From Welwitschia mirabilis (taxonomy: Eukaryota), in contig JBOZIK010000001.1 of assembly GCA_051453625.1 (NCBI GenBank), positions 2,494,622-2,558,621 on the forward strand: 64,000 bases of DNA, read 5' to 3'. The notes under the pieces were generated by a model. That model worked only from the letters and a program-made list of their open reading frames with translations. It was not told the DNA's origin and did no database searches. This document shows positions 27,876 to 38,932 of this stretch, in pieces; within the stretch, counting starts at the first letter, position 1; the number at the start of each line of letters is the position of its first letter. The position numbers and the translations under genes are program-made.

Positions 27876-28509
27876 GAAGAGGAGTCTGATTAAAAAAGAT
27901 TTTTTAGATTATGTTTTTCTTTGTGTTATCTTATTTATCATTGATGTCAAAAGGAGGAGAATTAGTTGTTTGTTGAAATTAATTAGTTGTTTGTTGAATG
28001 TTTTTCATATGATTTCAGATGTATGCTCTTGATGAGAACTTCTAGTTTGTAATGTTCGCACATTTACTTTGTAATGTTTGTTTATGTTTAATGAAATGCA
28101 CTTATCTATTTTGCATAAAATTATATATTAATTGGTATCTCAAAATCTATTTGTGCTTTTCTAAATTATATATGCTCAACATCTTTTCCTTTTAGTATCA
28201 TATATACTTAACTTAAAAAGTTTAAATTCTTCTAACATTAGAAATACACTATAATATGTGACATTTTATTATAATATTAAATAAGTTTGCATGATCACAT
28301 TATGCTTATCATAAAGTTGTGTCTTTAAGCTTTCAAATATGCATATTAAATTGTTCCATTTAAAGCACAAAATTTGATTGTTAAAAATGTCTTAATTTGT
28401 TTTAGAAGGAGTATTATTTTACAATAGAAATTTTGTAAGGAGGAGCTTTTCTAAAATTCTAAATTTTCACAACTAAGTATTGTTTGTTATTAATGTCAAA
28501 GGAGAAGAT

Positions 28510-30750
28510 TATTAGATTATGTTTTATCAATTAATGTCAAACTAGTATTTTCTATATAGTAAATTTTGTGTATCTTGTGCAAAAGATGTTAATTACTTAC
28601 AGGTTAAAAGATCAAACCAAAACCATCAATTTCTGAGAACTAGAAACTTGTCAGTTCTTTTATCCTCTTGAGGGGTTGACCAGATTTTCAAGGGGTCGAC
28701 CATACCTAAAGTAGATGGAAAATGAACTGCATTCAGAGGGGTCAATCAGATTTCTTATGAGGTCGACCAGACCTATAACCTTGAGAACCGGTGTCTCTGA
28801 ATCAAATGAAAAGGGGTTGAATGGACCTTTATGGGGTTGACCGGATTTGAGGACCTGATAAATAGTATTCCTAAACTGAATGACAAGGGATTGACTGCCC
28901 TATGATGGGGTCAACCGGATCTATGACCCAAGGAACAATACTCCTAAAATGATTGACAAGGGGTCGACTAGACCTATGATGGGGTCAATCAGACCTGAGC
29001 ACTATGTAGCTGATACGTCTAAGTAGATCATCATAGGATTGACCTGACACCTAAAGGAGTTAATTGGACTTGATGCTAAAAACTAGAAACAATTTTATCA
29101 GGAGCAACAGGCGACCCGATCATGTAGCAGGTAACTAGACTAGGGTCAATCGAACCTAGATGGGGTCGACCGGGTATGGAGCCATAAAAAATTAGGGTGA
29201 CCAAAATTCTCACTCGAGAAACCTGTGTAAGTCACAGTACCACATGGAGTTGACTGGACTTTTAAGGGGTCGGCCAGATGAAATGGAAGTAAAATTTTCT
29301 AATCGTTATGTATCTATTATGTAGCCGTTTTATAGTCATTTATAGCTGTTAGAAGTACATTTAAAATGTAATAAACCCTAAAATCCTTCTAATATAAATA
29401 GCTAAGACATAGATGAAAAAATAATAATTTAGAANNNNNNNNNNNNNNNNNNNNNNNNNNNNNNNNNNNNNNNNNNNNNNNNNNNNNNNNNNNNNNNNNN
29501 NNNNNNNNNNNNNNNNNNNNNNNNNNNNNNNNNNTGTCCTTAAACTGGTTGAACAAACCTTTATGAGATCAATCGGATTTAAGAACGTGATAAATAATAT
29601 CCTTGGATAGAATGACAAGGGATCGACTGAATCTGTAAACCAAGGAACAATACTCCTAAATTAATTGTCAAAGGATCGATTAGATTTATGATGGGGTCAA
29701 TCAGACCTGAGCACTATGTAGCTGATACACTTGAGCTGATCATCATGGGATCAACTAGACCTAGATGGGTTTAACTGAAGAGGGATCCAAACAAATTGGG
29801 GTGACTGAATGTCTCACTCAAGTGATCTATGTAAGTTATGACACTAGATGGGGTCGACCAGACTTATAAGTGGTCGACCAGACAGAACAGAAGTAAAATT
29901 TTCTAATTGTTATGTATCCATTATGTAGTCGTTTTCTAGCCGTTTATAGTCATTGGAAGTGAATTTCAAATGTAATAAATCCTAAAATCCTTCCAATATA
30001 AATATCTAAGACATAGATGATTAAATAATTCTTTTAGAACCATTTTTAATTGGGTTAAACTATTAGATTTGAAGGATCAAGCATTGTAATCTTATAACTT
30101 TCACTGTTGTATCATGGCATCTATATTTCTGACTGAAGAAGATCTACCAACTATATCATCTCTACATTCAAGATCAAATCTTATTCTTTATTCGTTTTAA
30201 ATCTGTAAGAGAAGAGCTCCATCAAATCTACTAAATCAAGAATGAGTGATATTCGTGCTATGTTGGCATCATTACATCACTACTTTGCTTTGTAAACAGT
30301 TGAGACTAAGCCTTGAAAAGTCCATTCAAAGGTTGAAACTAAGCCTTAAAAAGTCCATTCAATGGTTGAGACTAAGCCTTGAAAAGTCCATTCAAAGGTT
30401 AAGACTAAGCCTGAAAAAGTCTATTTATAAAGGTTATAGGTAAACCTGGAATACCTGGTGAAGTAGAAAAGATCGAGATCTAGCTTAGGAATAAGCTAAT
30501 TATCAAGAGTGGAGTAAGGGGTTTTCAGAATCACTATAAATCCAATGTGCATCTATTCAGTATTTTTTGTACTTTTAGTCATTGTTGCTTTACTCCTATT
30601 ATTTTTCTATTTCATGTACATTTTGTATTAGTTAAGTTTTGTATGCAAGATATGTTTAAGATTGGATTCATTTAGAATATTGTATTGCATCTTTTTAAAA
30701 GAACCTATTCACCCCTCCCACCCCCCATCCCTTTGTTCTCGATCCCATCA
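28510..30750 (+). repeat. 3' LTR of the Sirevirus (contains an N gap with duplicated flanks)
   Basis: Follows PPT aaaggagaagat; ends cccatca before TSD aatat. Confidence 0.85.
30298..30430. repeat. 4 x 33-bp tandem repeat inside the Sirevirus 3' LTR (counterpart at ~23846-23960)
   Basis: Repeated aggttgagactaagccttgaaaagtccattcaa; explains the repetitive ORF 30246-30443. Confidence 0.9.
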
Positions 30751-30794
30751 AATATCGCCAAGAGAATTAAATGATATCACTCACAAATCATAAT

Positions 30795-31980
30795 AGCTAT
30801 AGGAGTAACTCCTATTATAAAACCATATGATCCTAGTTTATTTGAAGAATTTCTTAAGCTATGGGACAAGGTGCAAGCTGTGGGATGGGGAGCCTTTCTG
30901 CACAACCTTAAAAAAGATTCAGAGGCCGATATTACCCCATTTTATAGAAGATGAAGAAGGAAGCGAACTACCTTTAGGATAATCTCCATCGAAATTACTA
31001 AAGACTACCTCTCAAGACTCTTGAAAATCCTAGCTATTAGTGAAAGAATCTCTCTTGGAAGCAGAGGACAACAGAAGGCACTCCTTTTTTTTTCTTTACA
31101 GGGTCCTTAAGCTATCTAGTAGGTACATTAGCTATAAGATACTTCTTCCTCATTGGGGATTAGATTCTGAAATGATAGATAGATACTTCATCTAGTCTAG
31201 TTGCTACTCAAAGCTTTTAGACTTGTACTTCTTGTTTCTTAAAGTCATAGACATAGGACACTAGGTTAAGTTATCCTTTTTCTTCATTCAAGTATTACGT
31301 TGTAAGGGTTCTGCAAGATATTATGGCCATTTGAAGGGTAGTCAGTGAGATTAGGATGCAAAAGATCCCTCGTCCTACTCCTCAACGATGACCTTAAGAG
31401 ACTCCTTTTAAGAGAAAGTCTAAGAGAAAAGCCACTATGGATGAAGCATCTTATTCCAAGGGGAATGTTTAGCAGGGAATCCCCACTTAAATAAGAATGA
31501 CTTCATCCTTAGAACCATAGATATAAGAGCCTAATTCACCCTCTTTGTAAGAAGAGATAACTCAGAATAATTCTCCAATGAAACATCAGAAACAAAGGGA
31601 GCAATCCCATGGCTAGGCTCAAAAGGATTTTCAAACTTGAAAATAGCCCTAGTTACACCCATGAGTTAACCAAGGACTCTATGTTAGAAGAGAGGTAGCA
31701 TGATTCTCAGGAATACTTAGACATGGACAATGTGAGAAGGGAGGTAATGCTTGCCATAATTCATGGGATGAAAAAATGCCCATTTCTAATGCTAATAATC
31801 TCTCATAAAGCCCTACTGTAAGTAATCAAGTTAAGTTACTAGAAGAAAACACTTAGACTTCACCCAGACATGAATTAAGCAAGAGTTAGAGAATTTAAGG
31901 AGGTTAATTAGGCTTTTAAAGTGCTATCAAATCAATTGAAATGGTTCCTGCTAGATCATAATCATGGTAATATCTTTCAC
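30795..31980 (+). pseudogene. Decayed extra ORF in the 3' part of the LINE
   Basis: In-frame reading from 30823: PYDPSLFEEFLKLWDKVQAVGWGAFLHNLKKDSEADITPFYRR*RRKRTTFRIISIEITKDYLSRLLKILAISE. Later: LLPHWGLDSEMIDRYFI*SSCYSKLLDLYFLFLKVI..VKLSFFFIQVL, then a coiled-coil-like tail. Confidence 0.65.
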
Positions 31981-34900
31981 TTATGTAAGGGATACTAATA
32001 TTTAATACTCTAGATTATTACCTAGTTTAGTTTAAGTTTTTATTAGTTCCTTTTTCAAAGGGTGCTTTCACCCCTAATTTTACCCTATTTATAGTCCGCA
32101 TTTGTGTATATTACAAAATATTCTGCTTCTTGCTAAACAATTTAATTATTCATCTTAAGATAGGAAAATCTCTTTCCCCTTATGAATTCTCTTTTTATCT
32201 CAAGTTATTTGCCTAGCTTAGCATCAATTTTTACTATTTTTTCACCCCAAGGGCATTTATGCTCCCAATTTTTTCCTATTTTCAGTCTGTCTCTGTGTAT
32301 ACTATATAATACTATCCTTTTATCAAACATTTTACTTCTTTCTTTCAAGCTAGGGCGTCCCCCTCCCCTCGCCCCCCTGTTAATTTTCTAGTTTAATATA
32401 TTTCCATTTATTTCAAAAAAACAATTATGAATTAACATTACAAATAATATCTCAAGATGATACAAGTCTTTGACTAAGGATTATGTGACTTTGAGTATTT
32501 TGTCAAATTTATTCTTATCTAATAGATTCATATTGTTTGTTCTTCTAGTTAATCTGTGTATTTATGTTGTACTTCATTAAATGGAAAGGTTGTGTATTTT
32601 ACATATAAAATGAAATGCATTGTTTCATGTACCATTAAAAAAGTTAATAATTGTTTTACTAATTACATTAACTTGCTAACATTTCCATCCAATATAAATT
32701 GGTTTCATATTTTGTACTTTGATATTTGTTTTTCTTATATCCATCTGAATTTGGTTCATCTTCATCTTTTGGCTCATCTCCTCCTTAAAGTGGTTTGCCA
32801 TTCTTCATTTGAGTTCATCATCTGTAAAATCGTTTTAGAACTGGTTCATCTTCATGAATTCAATAATAATAGTTTAAAAAACTTCATCACTACTAGTTTT
32901 CTAGATACTTTTACTCATATTAAAGTATTATATTAGTGGCTAACCATTTTTGTTTCTTCATATTACTTTAATACTTTAGCTTTAATTTGTTTTATGTTAA
33001 ACTAATAAATAATTTCTTTGATAATTAGAATCCTTTCCTTCTTGGAAGATGACTTATTAATTTTTTTTAAGTATTTGTTTCATGTTAGGATTTTCTTCAT
33101 TCCTAAATAAGGTTATGAAATTATGTAAACATAAATAATTTAAACAAATTTGTTTTTGATTACTTCAATAAAAAATTATATTTTACAAGATAGAAATTTA
33201 GGGAAATACGAGGCAAAATTTTATCTAATACAATAAAATTAAGTTTCTTTTCATAGTTGTTTATCATGCCTTCAAGTTCCTCTAGATTATTGATAGCTCC
33301 TTTGCTATCTAGTTTGACTAGTATTTTGGTTTTTCTAGCACTATCTTTAGGTTCCTTATGTGACACAGCTCATGGTGCAATGCTTATACTAGGAGTTTAA
33401 CTCAATAGAGTTCCTTGCTTTAGACTTAAATATCATTAATGGTGCTTTGTTCTTCATTAATATATTTTTCTTTTTTGTCCCTCTCTTGAGATATTTGGTT
33501 CTTATTCTCTATAAGCTAAGTGATTTAGAACTCTATTTCACGAAGCTACTATTAGAGTGTGTCTTTCTCTTGCTTTAATGAGTTGCTACTGTAGTGTAAC
33601 TTTTTCTTATTTCATTGATTTACTACTAGAGTTATTTGTTATCTTACTTCATTTTCACTAGTTATTCTTAGTTCTAGTTCATTACAATTGATACTATAAG
33701 AAGTGATTTCCATCAAATGACACTTATATCTCCATGTTTCATAAAGAATTACCAAGTTTTTATAATTTACATATAACTAATTACATGATTACTCCTTATC
33801 CTTGTAGCATCATGGTCTTTGTGACACATGATAGCCAACATATTTATAGCTTCTATATGTAACGTCTACTCTTCATATGAAGTTTTAAAACCTTTAATTT
33901 GATTAAACTTATTTATTCTTTCACCTATTATAAATATTTTATTAATATCTGGTATCCTTCTTAGTGATATTTTTTAATCTTATTTGTTGTTACTTATTTT
34001 CATAATGCATGAACATGAGATTTAATGGATCTAAAATACTCCCACTTACATCCTTTAGTGAATTGATGCATCAAATAAAAGCAAAAAGACAAAAATATTA
34101 GTAAATAATAACACATCTTTAACAAATAAAATAGTTGCAAAGTACTTGAAATGGACTTAGTAAATTGAAAAATTTCTTCGGAGACATAGAGAGATGTAGG
34201 AAAGTATGACCATCATATTTATATTTGTAAAATTCAATTATACAAAGGAAAAAGACAGAACAAAAAGTCTACCTCTTACCTTTTATAGATTGATTTTATA
34301 GATTTCACTATGGAAATTCAAAGAAAGTTTAAAGTGTCCATTAAATTTACCTTTATTTAATTTGATAAGTTCATTTATTTCCAAATTTAATGATGTATGT
34401 GATATGAATTTTGGAAATTATTCATCTAAAGTACACATCTATATCATTTGTTAAAGAAAAGATAATGGGATGATGTTAACACTATCCCATCTTAATAGTG
34501 TTTAGGAAGTGAGTAGGAGAAAAGTAGATTTTTCTTTTTCTTTTTTTATAGAACAAACCATGGCTTCTTATACTATTTTAACCTTTAACTGGACACTTTA
34601 ACACTTGGCAAGTGAAGCTTATAGGAAAATGATTCCACAGGTACTTTGAAAATTACTCTTCCTTCAGATATACAAATGCCAATTCTTAGACATTGTTTTA
34701 TTCTAACTCTAGTGCTCATGAAAACATGGGCAAAGGTAGATTGGTGCATCTTACTTACCTTTAAAGATGAAATATGGTTTAGATGAATTACTAAAGCTCA
34801 TCTTCATTAATCAAGAATAACATGGTATTGGCTATTCTGTCAATTTCCATGGAAATTAAAGCTTCATTACTAGGTGCTTCAATAAATATTTTTAAAACAT

Positions 34901-35595
34901 CTCTAATATCCCTATTTGCTATAACATGTTAATGTTAGTTTGATTATTTTGATGTTCTACAACAGAGGATTGTAGTAATTTGGCTATGGGATAGAGTTCA
35001 TTCTTATCTTCTAGTGCTTCATAACACTTCGATGCTTTACAGGTGCAAAGTTCTTTTTTATCCTCTTAATTTATGTTTTGATGTTTTTCATTTCTCTTTA
35101 GTTTTGTCAATTGGAATTTAGGGGTACCAGTCTTTAATGGAGTCATGTTTCATTTCATAGGAAACATGAATCATGAATTTTGTAAGAACTAATTTCTCCT
35201 AGGATTGATTTATTTGATTTCTACAAATTTTGATGTTTTATTACTAGATGAAAATAAACTTTTCTTTCTTCCTTCCTATATTTCTAGTTTTAGATAAAAT
35301 ATTATGATTTTAATCCAACTTATAAATTTCACCATAACTAACATATGGTTACCAATGTTAGTTAATGAAACAAATGAATTTATTTTACTTTATTAATAGT
35401 GATAACTATCTATTATAACTTCTTTTAAAGTTTCATTACCAAACTTATTTTTCTTGCTATCACTTTTACTTTAGGATGAAATTATTAAATTATGAATTTA
35501 AAGATTTATTAGGTTCATCTTAATCACCTTAGAAATTTGACCTTTATCTCTAAATTATTGTTTCATTAGGGTCATCTGAAAATTCAAACCTTTAC

Positions 35596-35709
35596 CTCTC
35601 ATATCATGTTGGAAGATTAAATGCATAAAAGTGATTTGATACCATGTTGGAAGTTTAAGTGTGTGGAAGTTCTTTAATGTCATGTTTGACATTTGAGTTC
35701 ATGAAACCA
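35596..35709 (-). repeat. 3 tandem 38-bp units of LTR end + tRNA-Met PBS
   Basis: Units start at 35596, 35634 and 35672; each is a decayed (g)ctctgatacca followed by tgttggaagtttgagtg...gaag. Confidence 0.8.
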
Positions 35710-36399
35710 AAATAATGCATATAAATTCTCTATGACTATGTTAGAGGTTTATGTACAAGTGGTTTGTGTGAATGCAGTTTTAATAAATTACTGAAGCTTT
35801 AAGTTGATTCATCATAATACAGGAAAATGAGTGAAAAGGAAAAACCAAACTTTATGTTATATGAAATGGTTGAGCATGATTAGTTAAATAATCAATAATA
35901 AATGAATGTTACAAATAATGAACTAGCTATCTAAGTTTTTAACTTGGTTTAGTGTGATTCTTAATGTTCATACTTCTTCTTATCTAATGGATTGATATTG
36001 TTATCCTTTTTTTTCCTTTCCACTTGATCTTCGTCTTTATATCGTGTTTTACTAGATGGAAATGTTGTGTCTTTTAGATATAAAATGAAATACGTTGCTT
36101 CACATTTTATTTACTAAGTTAATATATGTCTTAACAATTATATTAACTTGACATTAGTTATGCTATTTAAGAAGGAAAATAAATAAGACTTAAATAACTA
36201 TGGATTAATAATAATTTTTAATTATTTTGTAGAAAAATAAGGAACTATCATGGAAGTAAAAATTAGTAGGTCTCAAGTAAGCATTTAGTAATGTCATTCT
36301 ATATTTAGATCATCTTATCATATTAAAGCATCTTATTAGTCAATGTAAAAATCTAAATAACTAGAAATTCATTTACTTTTTGGATTTCTCTAAAATATA

Positions 36400-37450
36400 T
36401 GATTTAGTCATTAGGAATAAACATTAGTAGTGATTACAAAATATTAGGTACCTAGTAACTCTATTATCTACAAGTTAGAAGTTGTATAAAGAGGTATGTA
36501 TCTGACTCGAAAAACACTATTTCTCAAGAATATGTGATGTTTCATAGTTTTATTACTATTAAGAAAGATTTTCTCCTCTCTCCTATATTTTTGGAATATT
36601 TATTAATGAATTAGTAATTAGATAAATGAAATCTCCCTTAGTCATTTAATACGGGTAAGGGATTATCCTATGGACCTCTTATTTTTGGTGGATGATGTTG
36701 CATTAATTTATAAAATAAATCCATGTCTACAACAAATGCTACATATTTTGCATAATTTTTGCTATCAATTTGAAATGAAGATTATTGTTTAAAAAACAAA
36801 AAGAAAAAAGGTTGCTATGGTTGGTGTTTTATGTCATATGAATTGTTTATTTTAAATAAGAAATGGATATGTTGAAATTATCCCATGCTATAAATACTTG
36901 GATTAAAATTCTCTAATAATTATAGATGGAATAAGTGCATCACTTAAAAGGATCTTCAAGGTATGAAATCCTTATTTTCTTTGAAGAACAAATGCAAAAA
37001 AAGAGGTAATTTTATGTAGGAATATTCATAGAAAGTTTTTTACATTATTTTTCAATCAGTAGTTCTTTATATTTGTGTTGGGTTTTTGCATTAGCAAATA
37101 AAAACTGGAAGCAAATAGAGGAAATTCAAAAATAATTCTTATTGGATGAATTTAAGTTAAAACACTAAACATAGTATGATATTATATTTCTTGAAGTTAA
37201 ATGGATGCCATTAGAGGTAGAAAGTATTTGTCAATTTATAGCTTATGTTCATAACCTTTTAAATTGCGCTATTAATAAATTTCTTAAAATAGTGTTTCAA
37301 GTGACTTAAGGAAAAGGTTGCTTTTATTAGGAAAAAATTGCATTGAAAGATAGAACATTAAAGAATTTGAGAAAACACAAATGGAAAGAAACAATTTTAT
37401 TGAAATAATATTGCAAGAGGAATCCTTGTAAAGACAACTTATTTAAGTGT
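36400..37450 (+). mobile_element. Highly decayed non-L1 (RTE/RTEX-like) LINE reverse transcriptase remnant
   Basis: Ordered motifs IKKDFLLSPIF..FINEL (cf. KQGCPLSPxLF), LLFLVDDVALI (cf. LLFADDxAL), LQQMLHILHNFC and VEIIPCYKYL. Boundaries approximate. Confidence 0.6.
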
Positions 37451-37765
37451 TATTATTCTCCTTCATCTATAAATTCAAACTAGTAAGGCAAGAATGAGAT
37501 CTTAGTATTTTAGAATTGAAATAGGTAGAAGGTTTTAAGTTCCTTGAGAAAAGCAGACATGTTGACTATTCTAACTTGAATATTACTAAAGATGTATATC
37601 TTTTCTATCTAATATATTCTTAGAGTCTTAATAGACATAATAAAAAACTTGTCAGTTTTAGTTTCAATTAATTATTGATACCATGTAAATTAAACAATGA
37701 GGGATGTTGAATTTAAAAAATGTTTGATGATCATCCCTTCCCAAGGGCCTTTTAATCTAGTAATA

Positions 37766-37976
37766 AGTCATCTAAAAGTTCAAACCCAGAACCTTATAAA
37801 TGGAAAATGAGTGTCCAACCAATTAAAGTACCACCCAATTGACATATACATTAAAATATAGTTTGAATGAATGAAGTTTTAAAGTTATGGGCTTCATAGC
37901 GTAACAAATAGACATCTAAAGAAGCCTTAACCTTATAAATGGATAGAAGTGTCCCATAAATTAAATTACCCTAATT
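37766..37976 (-). repeat. Two degenerate copies of a tRNA-like repeat (same family as 43321-43492)
   Basis: catctaaaagttcaaacccagaaccttataaatggaaaatgagtgtcc, plus a deleted second copy at ~37911. The reverse complement of gttcaaaccc resembles a Pol III B box. Confidence 0.5.
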
Positions 37977-38100
37977 AACTAATACATTAAAATATAATTT
38001 AACTAAATTAACTTTTAAAGTTAATCTTAAACATTACCCTAATTAACTTATACATTAAAATATAATTTAACTAAATTAACTTTTAAAGTTAATCTTAAAC
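37965..38100. repeat. Near-perfect 68-bp tandem duplication
   Basis: 37965-38032 vs 38033-38100, one visible mismatch. Confidence 0.92.
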
Positions 38101-38932
38101 ATTGGTTTAATTGTTTTGAAGTGTTTCCATTTCGTTTCCAAGACATAATGAGAGGAAATCTTTTTAGTTTCTTATCAAAACTGACATGCAGCTCTTCCCA
38201 TTTAACTGCCCCACTACACAGGAAAAAAAATATGCGAAAGGCAAAACAGGCCAAGAGGCACGGAGATAAGAAGGCGTTTGGGGCGGAGGTGAACGAGGAG
38301 GCTGACATGCCAACAAAAACTCCTGCAATATGCCCAGAATCAAAACAAAAGGGTCACATTCTCCTCCCTCTGTGAACTTCCAAAAAATTCCATATTCCAA
38401 AGAGGTTTAAATCCAGTGATGCGCATCTGCGCATTGATTTTTGTTTCCAGAAGGGCTTTTGAGTCGTTTCAGACATGCGTGAGTGCTCAGAGAAAACCTT
38501 AAAACGAAAGAACCAACATAACTGAAAGGGATATCTGGGAAATAGTTCAATGCCCACCTGGGATAGCCTCTCTGTTCTTTTTGGGCCACTTTCAATTTGC
38601 CCATCTCTCTTTCAGACTGCATATGGAAGCTTTTTCCTTCCATCTTAAAAATCCTTCAGAAAACTTCTCGACTTTATCTCACTGTGCACTTTTCGGACTT
38701 GCAGAACGCTTTGAGTGGCAGGACTTACGTTGCGTGGACAAATGAAACCGGCAGAAAAGCAAAGCAAGTGAGAAAGACGTTTTTTAATCTTATCTTATCA
38801 TCATTCTGCTTTTATTTCTCAGTTTTTTCTGCATGANNNNNNNNNNCTAACTGCACTTCAAAGCCTAAATTTTATATCTCGTTATTTAGACGTACACCGT
38901 CTTCAAGAGCTTAACGATGGCATGTGGCTTAG

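Larger units (their letters stand above)
22761..30750 (+). mobile_element. Sirevirus (SIRE/Maximus Copia lineage) LTR element, internally deleted
   Basis: Perfect TSD aatat (22756-22760 / 30751-30755). LTRs 22761-24261 and 28510-30750. PBS tttgatatcagagc (24262-24275). Long gag with two zinc-knuckle remnants. Env-like ORF. Multiple PPT-like motifs at ~27943, ~28404, ~28437 and ~28492. Confidence 0.9.
17998..32414 (+). mobile_element. L1-clade LINE, near full length, decayed, interrupted by the Sirevirus at 22761-30750
   Basis: ORF1-like LFQLDNE*DRDEVIIRGSYFF. Endonuclease motifs MDCLS*NC, LQETK, IMEDF, YT*FN..FRIDRIF, SDHYPI. RT motifs WLKEGDKHTRFF, KLDILKAYD, GSR*ENPLFSYLF, HYEDDII, PKEFGG*G. 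Flanked by aaataaacaa (17988-17997) / aaaaaaacaa (32415-32424); the host LTR rejoins across this site. Confidence 0.88.
17744..36153 (-). mobile_element. Unclassified, apparently non-autonomous LTR element; left LTR split by a LINE insertion
   Basis: The left LTR (17744-17997 + 32425-32681) aligns by eye with the right LTR (35607-36153). Termini tgttgg...aca. Reverse-complement tRNA-Met PBS-like ctctcatatca at 35596-35606. Short purine tract (rc of tttccatcc, 32682-32690). No gag/pol motifs recognised in 32682-35595. No flanking TSD found. Confidence 0.7.

Noticed and set aside
28900..30035. Apparent ~500-bp internal duplication in the Sirevirus 3' LTR
   Set aside because: The two diverged copies are separated by an N gap. 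A mis-join of paralogous LTRs or hidden sequence cannot be distinguished from a real duplication.
3127..35709. CRISPR-like reading of the 25-, 33- and 38-bp repeat arrays
   Set aside because: Units are head-to-tail with no unique spacers, lie within eukaryotic LTRs, and there are no cas genes.
38048..38643. Several short overlapping ORFs upstream of the Dof-like gene (e.g. 38121-38375)
   Set aside because: No recognisable domain; expected by chance in GC-richer DNA. Could be UTR or uORF, but unsupported.
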